Source: Candidatus Methanomethylicia archaeon
Lineage (GTDB): Archaea; Thermoproteota; Methanomethylicia; Culexarchaeales; Culexarchaeaceae
Direction of reading: 5' to 3'
Length of the DNA stretch: 64,000 bases
Assembly: GCA_038727515.1 (NCBI GenBank)
Contig: JAVYVS010000003.1
Location: 64,001-128,000, forward strand
Under the pieces are notes generated by a model. It was given only the letters and a program-made list of their open reading frames with translations, searched no databases and was not told the origin of the DNA. The translations under genes and the position numbers were made by a program. Shown piece by piece: positions 54,606-64,000 of this stretch (its first letter is position 1; each line of letters begins with the position of its first letter).

Positions 54606-55949
54606 CTACAAATGTTCAGAAACAAAAATAACTGCTAGTTCTATACATCTAGCATTTGAATTTAATATTTGAGAAAAGTTCGGCAAAGTTCTACCATTGT
54701 CTCCGCTGATAAGCTCTTTAACGTAAAGGCCGCCTTGACATTCAATTATTGCTTTAAACGTCTTTTTATTTATGATCTCAGTTTTTAATGAATAAACCTT
54801 TTTAATCCTCAATTTATCAGCCCTTCTATGTAAAACACGCAATGGTGTATATTGCCTAATTTCTCTATTATAGAAGTACTCTTCTAAATTTTTAAGAAGT
54901 ACTTCATTTATTTCATTATCAACTTCAACAATGGCTTGATAAACTTTCTTTGCAAGTGAAGAAATATTTTTCAACATCCTTACCTCCCTTCTATTTGAGA
55001 ATTTAATTAATTTAACATCAATCTTCCCATCAGATAGTTCGTTGATCTTTTTCTCTAAAGCATTTAAATCAATAAACCTATACCTAGGATTTTTAATTTC
55101 AACTATAAAAGGGCGTCCATTTCCAAGCGTCAATGTATCTACATCCTCCCTCCCCGCTCCATGGAAAATTCCTTCTGAACCTTTTACTAATTCTAATGTT
55201 GGATTTATTATAAGCTCAGAAATGGAAGTATTGTAACGTTTCCCAGTAAAATTACACTTAGAACATCCTCTCCCAAAACAATTACTACAAAACCACGTTG
55301 TCTGGGGAATATCACGTACAAATTTTCTATATCTACCATAAATGAATATTGGTTTTGATTGAATGTCAACGCTATTGTTGACAATGTCTATTACTATTAC
55401 TATGTCTGGGTCGTTAAATGATACTTCTTTATTTAATGTATTCTGCAATTTTTTACCTAATAATCGGTTAACTTCTGATTTTAATGACTCACCAACATTT
55501 ATACAAAATTGAGATCTAATGGAATCTTCTCTCTCTAAAAAGATTGCAGGAATTTTTGTTCCGACGAGAAATGTCTTAAATTCATATTCATTTATTATTT
55601 TTAGAACTTCCTTGATGTAATCATCTAATTTGCTGAATATGCCTCCACATACATAACATTCATTTGGAGGTGGAAGATCGTACCCAAGATGAACCAATAT
55701 ATCCTTAGCAGGCTCAAAAAGGCCATTAACTGCTAAAACCTTTAAATTATCTATAGCTGTATTTACGGATTCTGATTCTTCATCTTTTAATATTGAATGA
55801 TATAACATCGTTAATACTAACTTTATTGAATACCCCCTCTCAAAGTTATTAATACCTTTACTTAATCTTGCAAATAATCTACCTAAACAATGATTACATA
55901 ATGGATATTTTCGAAGTATTTCCATTGAAAGTCCCAAAATGTCGATCAT
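54606..55949 (-). CDS. pus10: tRNA pseudouridine 54/55 synthase Pus10
   Basis: LCNHCLGR, FHGAGREDVD and GLYVKELISGD motifs. Confidence 0.95.
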   Translation of the reverse strand: MIDILGLSMEILRKYPLCNHCLGRLFARLSKGINNFERGYSIKLVLTMLYHSILKDEESESVNTAIDNLKVLAVNGLFEPAKDILVHLGYDLPPPNECYVCGGIFSKLDDYIKEVLKIINEYEFKTFLVGTKIPAIFLEREDSIRSQFCINVGESLKSEVNRLLGKKLQNTLNKEVSFNDPDIVIVIDIVNNSVDIQSKPIFIYGRYRKFVRDIPQTTWFCSNCFGRGCSKCNFTGKRYNTSISELIINPTLELVKGSEGIFHGAGREDVDTLTLGNGRPFIVEIKNPRYRFIDLNALEKKINELSDGKIDVKLIKFSNRREVRMLKNISSLAKKVYQAIVEVDNEINEVLLKNLEEYFYNREIRQYTPLRVLHRRADKLRIKKVYSLKTEIINKKTFKAIIECQGGLYVKELISGDNGRTLPNFSQILNSNARCIELAVIFVSEHL

Positions 55950-56506
55950 AGCAATTCCCCTACCTGTTTATCTATATAATTATTTATCACCATTATAATA
56001 GGTCCAGGTAATTTATATTTTGAGTAAATCTTAACAGATTTTGCCCCACCTTCAATTAATAATTTTAAATAATTTGATTCAATATTTGGATAACAAATTA
56101 AAAACTTAAAGTTTTTGGGAAAAGAAATATTTTCAATTCTAATACCTTTATCTTCATAAAAAAAGAGGTTACCCAAACTACCAATGATACCAAGAAAATC
56201 TTTGTATCCACATACGATTCCAGGTAAAATTCTAAACACTTTGCTTGTTTTCTCACTTTTTGATAAAAATGATGAAGCTTTACGGAAAATTCCCATGATC
56301 GACTGCATATCAGGTCTTAGATTCTTCAGAGTACTAGAAGTAAAACTAATATATATAGAATTAGGGAAGTATAAGATTAATTTTGTGTCTAATCGAATTC
56401 CATGAGAAAGAAGAAGTGCTGAATAAACTGTTGAAGATAGTATGTATGGTATTTTATCCATCAAATATTTCAATTCTCTATTAAACTTTACTATAAAAGT
56501 TCTTAT
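55946..56506 (-). CDS. Divergent TrmY-like SPOUT protein (m1-psi54 methyltransferase family), probable ATA start
   Basis: (M)RTFIVK N-terminus, ALLLSHGIRLD, NLRPD and PGI; immediately upstream of pus10. Confidence 0.75.
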   Translation of the reverse strand: MRTFIVKFNRELKYLMDKIPYILSSTVYSALLLSHGIRLDTKLILYFPNSIYISFTSSTLKNLRPDMQSIMGIFRKASSFLSKSEKTSKVFRILPGIVCGYKDFLGIIGSLGNLFFYEDKGIRIENISFPKNFKFLICYPNIESNYLKLLIEGGAKSVKIYSKYKLPGPIIMVINNYIDKQVGELL

Positions 56507-56509
56507 AGT

Positions 56510-57847
56510 CTAAACCCCTATAACTCCCTTTAACTTACCAAATAATTTTGTTCGTCTCTTTAATGTTCTCATTAACTTTTTCATATTTTTATATTGATCT
56601 AAAAGCTCTTGAACATCGCGTATAGACGTTCCTGAACCAAAGGCTATTCTACGCATCCTAGATCTATCGATGATTTCAGGATTCTCTCTTTCTTCCTTTG
56701 TCATTGACTCTATTATGGCAGAATACTTCTTGATCTTCTCTTTAGAAACTTCTTGAAATTCTTCTGGAAGATTTATTGAAAAACCTGGAATCAACTGAAT
56801 TAATTTATGTAAAGGTCCCATACTTGATATAGCTTTCAATTGTGTTAATAAATCCTCCAATGTAAATTTTCCGGAGAGAAAACGTTGTGCATCTTCTTCT
56901 GATGGCGTATACTGTACAGCTTCGAATTTCTCAATTAGAGATTCTATATCACCAAATCCAAGTATTCTCCCAACGAATTTACGGGAATCAAATATTTCTA
57001 TTTCCTCCACTTTCTCACCAGTACCTATGAATTTTATTGGAGCTCCTGTAACTGCAACTGCAGATAAGGCACCACCACCTCTTGCAGATCCATCAAGTTT
57101 TGTTAAGAAGATGGATCCTATTTTCGTAGCTTCATGAAAAGCTTTAGCTTGAATAGCTGCTTGTTGTCCTATTGTAGCATCAATCACGAGCATTATTTCA
57201 TCTGGATTTACCTTTTCTGCTATTTCATGCATCTCATTTATTAATCCTTTTTCCTCTTTATGTCTACCTGCTGTATCAAGAATTATTATGTCAAAACCTT
57301 CTTTAATGAATTTATTAACACCATTAATAGCAATGCTAATAACATCTCTAGCAGTATCTTCCCCATATACTGGAACACCTATTTTTTCACCTAATTGTTT
57401 TAATTGTGCAAACGCTCCAGGACGGTAGTTATCAGCACAGACTAATCCAACCTTGAAATTCCTCTTTTTATAATATAATGCTAATTTTGCAGCCGAAGTT
57501 GTTTTCCCAGATCCCTGTATACCAACAAGCATAATAATATAAGGCTTTTTCGTAGGAAGCTTAAATTTTTCAGTCAAATTTCCACCGAGTAATTTGACCA
57601 ATTCATCATAAACAATTTTTAATAATAAATCTCTCTTTGAAAAACCTTGTGGAATTTTTTCCTCTTTTACTCTTTTTTCAATATTTTGTGATATTTGAAA
57701 AACTAGATTAACATTAACATCTGCTTGTAAAAGAGCTCTTTGAATATCTCTTATAAACTCCTTTAATGTTTTTTCATCAATTATAGGAGCTTTCGTTATC
57801 TTTCGTATAGCATCTCCCAAAGCTTTGCTCAGAGCTTCTAACACCAT
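56510..57847 (-). CDS. srp54: Signal recognition particle protein SRP54
   Basis: GIQGSGKTT, DTAGRH and TKLD motifs; M-domain RRIAFGSG. Confidence 0.97.
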   Translation of the reverse strand: MVLEALSKALGDAIRKITKAPIIDEKTLKEFIRDIQRALLQADVNVNLVFQISQNIEKRVKEEKIPQGFSKRDLLLKIVYDELVKLLGGNLTEKFKLPTKKPYIIMLVGIQGSGKTTSAAKLALYYKKRNFKVGLVCADNYRPGAFAQLKQLGEKIGVPVYGEDTARDVISIAINGVNKFIKEGFDIIILDTAGRHKEEKGLINEMHEIAEKVNPDEIMLVIDATIGQQAAIQAKAFHEATKIGSIFLTKLDGSARGGGALSAVAVTGAPIKFIGTGEKVEEIEIFDSRKFVGRILGFGDIESLIEKFEAVQYTPSEEDAQRFLSGKFTLEDLLTQLKAISSMGPLHKLIQLIPGFSINLPEEFQEVSKEKIKKYSAIIESMTKEERENPEIIDRSRMRRIAFGSGTSIRDVQELLDQYKNMKKLMRTLKRRTKLFGKLKGVIGV

Positions 57848-57916
57848 ATTGTAACCTCATATATAAGTGTTTAAATATTCATAAATAAATGTATACTAAC
57901 TTACTTGGAGAAAGTT

Positions 57917-58573
57917 ATGATAGCATCTTTGTTTAGCGGTGGAAAGGATTCGATATTTTCAATATATTATGCTTTAAATCAAGGATTAGAAGTAAAATAT
58001 CTAATAACCGTAAAAGCAAAAGAAGATTCAATGTATTGGCATTACCAGAATATTGAATGGACAAAATTACAGGCAGAAGCTATGGGGATACCACTTGTAG
58101 AGATACCTAATGAAGACTCATTAAAAATAATACTAGAAAAAATGAAGAGGGAAAGAGAAATATTTGGATTGCTTTCAGGAGTAGTATATTCTGATTTCCA
58201 AAGAGATTACTTAATTAAAGTTTGTAAAGAAGTTGGATTAAAACTGATTACACCGCTTTGGATGAAAAATCCAATAAAACTATTGGAGAAAATTGTAGAA
58301 TGTAAAATTCACGCAATAATAGTTTTTGTGGCTGCAGAAGGATTAAATCAAGAATGGTTAGGGGTTGAAATAAATCGAGAAGTCATAAATAAGTTGATTG
58401 AAAAAAACAAAAAGTATGGAATAAGTATATGTGGGGAAGGGGGAGAATATGAGACTTTTGTGTATGATGCCCCGTTTTTCAATAAAAGAATAGAAATAAG
58501 GGAAATGGAAAAGATCTGGATGAAAGATCGAGGATTATTAAAAATTAAAAGTGCAGAATTAACTAGTAAATAA
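57917..58573 (+). CDS. Diphthine--ammonia ligase (Dph6 family ATP pyrophosphatase)
   Basis: SGGKDS and GEGGEYETFV motifs. Confidence 0.9.
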   Translation: MIASLFSGGKDSIFSIYYALNQGLEVKYLITVKAKEDSMYWHYQNIEWTKLQAEAMGIPLVEIPNEDSLKIILEKMKREREIFGLLSGVVYSDFQRDYLIKVCKEVGLKLITPLWMKNPIKLLEKIVECKIHAIIVFVAAEGLNQEWLGVEINREVINKLIEKNKKYGISICGEGGEYETFVYDAPFFNKRIEIREMEKIWMKDRGLLKIKSAELTSK

Positions 58574-59863
58574 ATCTAAACAAGTTTGTTCGAATTCTTC
58601 ATAAACTTTCTGTTCATTAACTTTAGTTAAAACACCATTAAAAAGAACTATCTCCCCATCTATAATCACATGTGATATATTAATGGGAGAGATATCAGCA
58701 TAAACAAGATGGGATATAATATTCTCCTCAAATAGAGGGAAAACATTTGGGTTACGTGTATTTAAAATTACTATATCTGCCGGACCATTTTCAACGATTT
58801 TACCTATAGAATTAACATAATTTGTTGCTGCAGCACCATTTATAGTTCCAAAATTAAAAACGAGTGGAGCTGGTGCTATTGAAGGGTCAAGAGAATGATG
58901 TTTATGTATTAGTGCACAGAATTTCATTACATCAAACATATTTAAGGAATTATTACTTGCAGCACTATCAGTTCCTAAACTTATTATCACGTTGTTTTTT
59001 AAACATTCATCTAAAGGTAAAACGCCACCAACAGCCAATTTCATATTGGATATAGGGCAATGTGATATCTTTACCCCATTTTTCCCAAGTAAACGAATTT
59101 CATTTTTACTAAGCCATACGCAATGAACAGCAACAACATTAGGTGATAGAAAACCAATATCATCCAAATATTCAACTTCACGTTTACCATATTTCTCTTT
59201 GAACTCAGATTGTTCCTCCATAGTTTCAGCTATATGTATTTGTAGTAATCTTCCCTCTTTATCAGCAATATCTTTACACTTCATTAATAATTCATTGGAG
59301 CAAGTATATGGTGCATGGGGACCTATAGCCCCAATAATTTTAGGTTCATACTTTTTCACATCATTTAAAAAAGAGTTAATAAAATGAATCATATGATCCC
59401 TCATGGCAGAATCTCCAAAATCAAAAACCCCTATTGAAACTATGGCTTTTAACCCAACTTCTGCAGCTGCTTTCACACACATCATTGGATTAAGATACAT
59501 ATCCCAAAAAAGTGTAGTTCCACTTTTAATCATTTCAATGCAGGAAAGTAGAGAACCAATATAGTAATCTTTTTCTTTAAGTTTCTTCTCCATAGGCCAT
59601 ATCTTATCATTCAACCATGTTTTAAGCGGCAAATCATCAGCATAACCTCTAAATATTGACATTGCAGCATGGGTATGCGTATTTATTAACCCAGGAATAC
59701 AAATGTTTTCTCTACAATCTATTGTATACTCCGCTTCAACCCCTATCCTTTCGGATAATTCAACTACTCTGCCATCTTCAATAAACATGGAGGTATTTTT
59801 TAAAATTTTACCTTTATCCTGCGTAATAATAAATTTGCAGTTTTTTAATTTTATGCTGCCCAA
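58559..59863 (-). CDS. Amidohydrolase, MTA/SAH deaminase (MtaD)-like
   Basis: PGLINTHTH, PHAPYTC, HIAET, HCPISNMKL and LGTDS motifs. Confidence 0.88.
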   Translation of the reverse strand: MGSIKLKNCKFIITQDKGKILKNTSMFIEDGRVVELSERIGVEAEYTIDCRENICIPGLINTHTHAAMSIFRGYADDLPLKTWLNDKIWPMEKKLKEKDYYIGSLLSCIEMIKSGTTLFWDMYLNPMMCVKAAAEVGLKAIVSIGVFDFGDSAMRDHMIHFINSFLNDVKKYEPKIIGAIGPHAPYTCSNELLMKCKDIADKEGRLLQIHIAETMEEQSEFKEKYGKREVEYLDDIGFLSPNVVAVHCVWLSKNEIRLLGKNGVKISHCPISNMKLAVGGVLPLDECLKNNVIISLGTDSAASNNSLNMFDVMKFCALIHKHHSLDPSIAPAPLVFNFGTINGAAATNYVNSIGKIVENGPADIVILNTRNPNVFPLFEENIISHLVYADISPINISHVIIDGEIVLFNGVLTKVNEQKVYEEFEQTCLDLFTS

Positions 59864-59887
59864 AATTTGGCACCCAATAATTTAAAT

Positions 59888-60289
59888 TTATTTTACCCGA
59901 ATAATCTTTTTCCTACCCATGATTTCCCAATATTCAACTTCAACTCCTGAAGTAAGTTTATCCTTCAATTCAGGTTCTTCAGGGGTGGGGACATCAAATA
60001 TTTCATAGCTTGACAAATCCATTAGTTGTATAGATGAAGAAGAGACAGAGATTACTTGTCCCACTTTTTTTTCAATTATAGGTACTTCAACTTGCGCATC
60101 GGCAGGACCAACATATGACCGTTTTTTACCATCGAAAATCCCTAAAGCGACTATTCTCACTTTGGCAGAACCATGTTTCCCAGCCTTTGATTTATCTATA
60201 CTAACTATCTTGCAAGGTTCATCATCAATAATAATAAACGACCCTACTTTTAGTGAACCTGCTTCTTCAGGCCTCTTCAAAACAGACAC
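59888..60289 (-). CDS. eif5a: Translation factor aIF-5A
   Basis: SKAGKHGSAK hypusine motif. Confidence 0.97.
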   Translation of the reverse strand: MSVLKRPEEAGSLKVGSFIIIDDEPCKIVSIDKSKAGKHGSAKVRIVALGIFDGKKRSYVGPADAQVEVPIIEKKVGQVISVSSSSIQLMDLSSYEIFDVPTPEEPELKDKLTSGVEVEYWEIMGRKKIIRVK

Positions 60290-60367
60290 CTAACACATTA
60301 TTGAAATCTCTTCTTAAAAATATTTACATTTATATTTTAAGGTAAAATACTTATTAGGAAGAAACAT

Positions 60368-61249
60368 ATGAATGAACTTAAAAGGATACTAATAACTGCA
60401 AGGATAGATTCTGAAAGAGCAATAAATATATCCAGTAAAATATATGAAATGCTGTCTTTAATGGATTTTGAAACATTATTGGAAAGAGAATTAGCATGGA
60501 AATTGAATCTTAAAGGAGGAGTATCTATAAGAGACGTTGATGTAGATGCAGTCATAGTTGTCGGGGGAGATGGAACAATTTTAAAAGTTGCAAATGAAGT
60601 AAAAGAAAGAGGAATCCCAATATTATCCGTAAATGCAGGAACGGTAGGATTTCTCTCAGAATTGGATCCTGAAGAAATATATAAAATACCGGAGGTATTA
60701 AGTGGAAAATATACCATAAAGGAGTGTACAAGAGTAAAAGCAACCATAAAAAGCTTTTTCACTAAAAATCAAGTGATAAAAAATGCAGAAGAAATTTATC
60801 CAGTAAAGGACGCATTAAATGAAATAACCGTTATAACAAGTATACCATCGAAAGTAATAAATCTAGAGGTAAGAGTTGAGGATGAAGAATTATTTAGTGG
60901 TAGAGGTGACGGAATAATAATATCAACTACAACTGGAGCTACAGCATATTCGTTATCTGCAGGTGGACCAATAGTGGACCCTGCACTTGATGTTTTTATA
61001 ATTACAATGCTTTCACCATTGAGTCTAATCAATAGATCAATAATAGTACCTGTAAACTCCAAAATAGAGGTAAGAGTATGTGATGATGGTGTTGACGCCT
61101 ATATGTCTACAGATGGAAGAGACCATATATTTATACCGGCTGGAACAAACATATTGTTCGAGAAAAGTGAGTTTAAAACAAAGATTATATGTACAAAGGA
61201 GAAAGATTTTTATAAAAAGTTAAAAAGAAGGCTGAAAAGGGAGTTATGA
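60368..61249 (+). CDS. nadK: NAD kinase
   Basis: GGDGT, NE, GDG and T(A)YSLSAGGP motifs. Confidence 0.94.
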   Translation: MNELKRILITARIDSERAINISSKIYEMLSLMDFETLLERELAWKLNLKGGVSIRDVDVDAVIVVGGDGTILKVANEVKERGIPILSVNAGTVGFLSELDPEEIYKIPEVLSGKYTIKECTRVKATIKSFFTKNQVIKNAEEIYPVKDALNEITVITSIPSKVINLEVRVEDEELFSGRGDGIIISTTTGATAYSLSAGGPIVDPALDVFIITMLSPLSLINRSIIVPVNSKIEVRVCDDGVDAYMSTDGRDHIFIPAGTNILFEKSEFKTKIICTKEKDFYKKLKRRLKREL

Positions 61250-61250
61250 A

Positions 61251-61754
61251 ATGGAAAAAATTATAGTTTTAGATACATCAGCAATAATAAATGGATATAA
61301 TCCACTATTAATGATTGGAAATAGGCAAGTGATATCTATCGACGCATTAAATGAAATCATACAGGAAGATAAAAGAAAGATAGTTGAGGAAGCTTTAGAA
61401 ATAAAAAGATTAGAAAAAATAAATCCTGAAGAAAAGTTTATAATAAAGGCAGAGGAAATTGCAAAAGAAACTAATGACATAAAGTATCTCTCCAAAAGCG
61501 ACATTTCAACAATAGCATTAGCATTAGAATTAAAGGAAAAGGGGTTTGAACCGATAATAATAACTGATGATTTCTCAATCCAAAACGTGATAAAGTTTTT
61601 AGGATTAAAATATGCTCCAATGGCAACAAGAGGTATAAGGAAACTGATAAAGTGGAAGTTATATTGTCCTGCTTGCGGAAGGAAATATAATGGTGAAAAG
61701 TTAAATGAATGTTTAGTGTGTGGAGTAAAATTAAAACGAAAACCTATACTTTAA
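61251..61754 (+). CDS. nob1: Nob1-family PIN-domain rRNA endonuclease
   Basis: VLDTSA, LS..D and TDDFSIQN; C-terminal Zn ribbon. Confidence 0.92.
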   Translation: MEKIIVLDTSAIINGYNPLLMIGNRQVISIDALNEIIQEDKRKIVEEALEIKRLEKINPEEKFIIKAEEIAKETNDIKYLSKSDISTIALALELKEKGFEPIIITDDFSIQNVIKFLGLKYAPMATRGIRKLIKWKLYCPACGRKYNGEKLNECLVCGVKLKRKPIL

Positions 61755-62931
61755 CAAATTTAGCTATAAAAAATCCAGGAGTATCATGTTCATCTGGGTA
61801 AAAACGTTGAAGTAAATTGTAGTTAGGCATAATCTCTAAACCCCGTGAACCGAGATATAAGATTTGAGTATCTAATTCTAATGGATAATTTTCTAAGGCG
61901 TATTTCACTATCAATTCATTTTCATCAGGAGTTATAGTGCATGTTGAATAAACAAGAACACCACCTTTCTTAAGAATTTCTGTAGCTGATTTAAAGAATT
62001 GCATTTGATACTTTGCACAAGCTAAGATATCCTTAACTGACTTACGTTCAAATAATTTAGGTCTAACACCCAAGGCAGAACATGGTGGATCCAATAAGAC
62101 TTTATCAGCTTTCAAATAAGGATAGTCTATGTGAAGATACCTAGAATCAGCAAACACAACATTTACATTTTTTACGCCTAATCTTTCAATATTCTCCTTT
62201 AATTTGTTTAATTTAGAGATAGAATTATCGAAAGCATATATTTTAGCATTATTGGAAGTTAGTTGTGCTATATGAGTCGTTTTTCCGCCAGGAGCTGCAC
62301 ACATATCAACTATAACTTCTCCTGGATTAGATTCCAATATTATGCTTGTTAGCATTGCAGGTATACTTTGTTCATATATTTTACCCTGATTATATTCATC
62401 TAAGTTTCTAATCGGAGCGCTATGATAAACAGATTCTAAAACTTTTACAGCGATGCCTTTTCTATTACTGAAAATCTCTTTTTCATCTTGCATGGCAATA
62501 CCATTTGCTATTAAGTATCCTCTTTCATCAGTTATAGTAACCAAATCTCCCTTCTTAACGTTTTCAGCAGATAAAACCCCTGGAGCATATAAATCTGCCC
62601 CTATATAAACACTTTCCGCGGCATTTTTATCGGCAATAACGATCTTACCTTTTTTGCAGATTTTAAATGGTCCTTTCAATTTAATTAGTAAAGCCTCATT
62701 TAACTTTGGGTGATATAATACATCTATTCCCTTTTTCTCTAGAGAATTATATACTTCATCAACATCCGCCTTTAATGTGTTTACACGAATAGAATAAAAT
62801 TTTGGTGGTAATGTTAAATAGGTAATTATAGATTTTAACTTTGTAAAATTGAAGAAATTACTTAAGTAGGAAAGTATATCTTTAGGAAAGCCGCTAGTCT
62901 CAGAAAGCTTATTTATATCTTCCTCAGACAT
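61744..62931 (-). CDS. RsmB/NOP-family m5C RNA methyltransferase with PUA domain (NSun6-like)
   Basis: GADLYAPGV (PUA), DMCAAPGGKT, DPPCS and YSTCT motifs. Confidence 0.9.
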   Translation of the reverse strand: MSEEDINKLSETSGFPKDILSYLSNFFNFTKLKSIITYLTLPPKFYSIRVNTLKADVDEVYNSLEKKGIDVLYHPKLNEALLIKLKGPFKICKKGKIVIADKNAAESVYIGADLYAPGVLSAENVKKGDLVTITDERGYLIANGIAMQDEKEIFSNRKGIAVKVLESVYHSAPIRNLDEYNQGKIYEQSIPAMLTSIILESNPGEVIVDMCAAPGGKTTHIAQLTSNNAKIYAFDNSISKLNKLKENIERLGVKNVNVVFADSRYLHIDYPYLKADKVLLDPPCSALGVRPKLFERKSVKDILACAKYQMQFFKSATEILKKGGVLVYSTCTITPDENELIVKYALENYPLELDTQILYLGSRGLEIMPNYNLLQRFYPDEHDTPGFFIAKFVKV

Positions 62932-62960
62932 TTTATCTCAATTATGAAATTGAGGAAGTA

Positions 62961-64000
62961 TTAAAATGTCTTCTTGGGGTAACGTATAATAGAATTCATA
63001 TTTTCAATGTAAATTTCAAGTATAAGTGGAAATTCATAGGTATGTGTTGCACATGATAAACATGGATCATAGTTTCTTATCAATTTTGAAATTTCACTAT
63101 ACAATCGTTCTTCTGATAATCCTTCTTTTGAAATTATGCTTTCAGATATAGCTGCTATCTCTTTCTCTATGACTGGAATATTTTGTACTGTAGCAACTAT
63201 TAGATTTGCATCGCAAATATATCCTTCATTGTCAACTTTATAGTAATGAATTAACGTTCCCCTTGGAGCTTCTATAACGCCTAAACCTTCATTATTTTTA
63301 ACCCTAAGATTTTTCTGAGGAAGAGAAGGTTCTTGAATACATTTATTATTTAAAATTTCAAACATTTTATCTAAGACATATACTATTTCTGCAACTCTGA
63401 TTATGTTATAGTAATTTGATGTCAATAGGGGTCGTGACCTATTTGATAGAAATCTTTTAACAAATGCTTCAGAATTTTCAGAGTCAAAAATATCATTTAC
63501 GTTAAATCTTGCTAAAGGACCAACTCTATAATAACCATAATTTAAAATGTATGGTGTTTTTGTATAACTCCAAGGAGTGTCTTTCTCACAAATACTTTTA
63601 AGACACTCATTGTACTTGAAAAAAGTTAGTAATTCACCATGTTGAGAAATAACACGAATATCATCTGAATGATAAAGTGGATATGTTGAATTAGAATATA
63701 GTGCTACAAAATTGCTAGGTACATATACATCATAATCTTCAAGTATAACGGTTAATTTGTCTTCAATATTATCAATAATCTCTTTAATCATTTTTATTGA
63801 ATTAATTGATTTTTCTTGCAATTCAAGTTGTTGAGAAGGCTTTATTGAATTAAGAAAACCTCCGGGTATTGCTCCAGAGGGATGAACAGATGAACCCCCA
63901 AGTATTTCTATAACTTGTCTTGCAAAATCCCTTATTTCTAAAATTTGCTTAACCAATGATGGATAATGTTTTACCATTCCAAGAAATCCTGGATTTTTGT
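62961..64000 (-). CDS. [NiFe]-hydrogenase large subunit (group 3-like), 5'-partial
   Basis: GG.SVHP...PGG, VGPLAR, EAPRGTLIH and DPCLSCATH plus a C-terminal extension; frame open to the window edge. Confidence 0.9.
   Translation of the reverse strand, partial: KNPGFLGMVKHYPSLVKQILEIRDFARQVIEILGGSSVHPSGAIPGGFLNSIKPSQQLELQEKSINSIKMIKEIIDNIEDKLTVILEDYDVYVPSNFVALYSNSTYPLYHSDDIRVISQHGELLTFFKYNECLKSICEKDTPWSYTKTPYILNYGYYRVGPLARFNVNDIFDSENSEAFVKRFLSNRSRPLLTSNYYNIIRVAEIVYVLDKMFEILNNKCIQEPSLPQKNLRVKNNEGLGVIEAPRGTLIHYYKVDNEGYICDANLIVATVQNIPVIEKEIAAISESIISKEGLSEERLYSEISKLIRNYDPCLSCATHTYEFPLILEIYIENMNSIIRYPKKTF

Noticed and set aside
45315-56512. Stop-codon reassignment (TAG as Pyl, TGA as Sec)
   Set aside because: TAG ends rtcB, srp54, rpl2 and rpl23 at their expected C-termini; the hydrogenase DPCLSC motif uses TGT; in-frame stops occur only in frameshifted island genes

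Overview
This is an AT-rich archaeal chromosome segment. The fused RpoB, split RpoA'/A'' and gene content point to a TACK/Thermoproteota lineage (inference). It is mostly informational genes: the L11-L1-P0-P1 and alaS block, the rpoH-B-A'-A''-L30e-nusA block, S12, S7-EF1A-S10, L3-L4-L23-L2, pheS/T, rtcB-archease, SRP54-Pus10-L21e-rpoF-ksgA, eIF5A and Nob1. It also carries a four-subunit 2-oxoacid:ferredoxin oxidoreductase, the 3' part of a group 3 [NiFe]-hydrogenase large subunit, 10 tRNAs (3 with BHB introns, one in the D-arm) and the SRP RNA. A visibly GC-richer ~9.4 kb island after tRNA-Ala(CGC) holds a decayed integrase, decayed antiporter, MFS and HEPN genes, and two intact P-type ATPases. 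Main observations: (1) at least four conserved genes (rpl12/P1, nusA, a HemK2-like methyltransferase, a trmY-like gene; possibly rpoF) appear to start at ATA/ATC/ATT codons placed correctly behind Shine-Dalgarno-like motifs; (2) a perfect 136-bp repeat is shared by the P0 and P1 3' ends; (3) the MgtA-type ATPase has a C-terminal winged-helix-like domain; (4) the SRP RNA Alu domain has an extra hairpin. All calls come from reading the sequence by eye; no searches were run.
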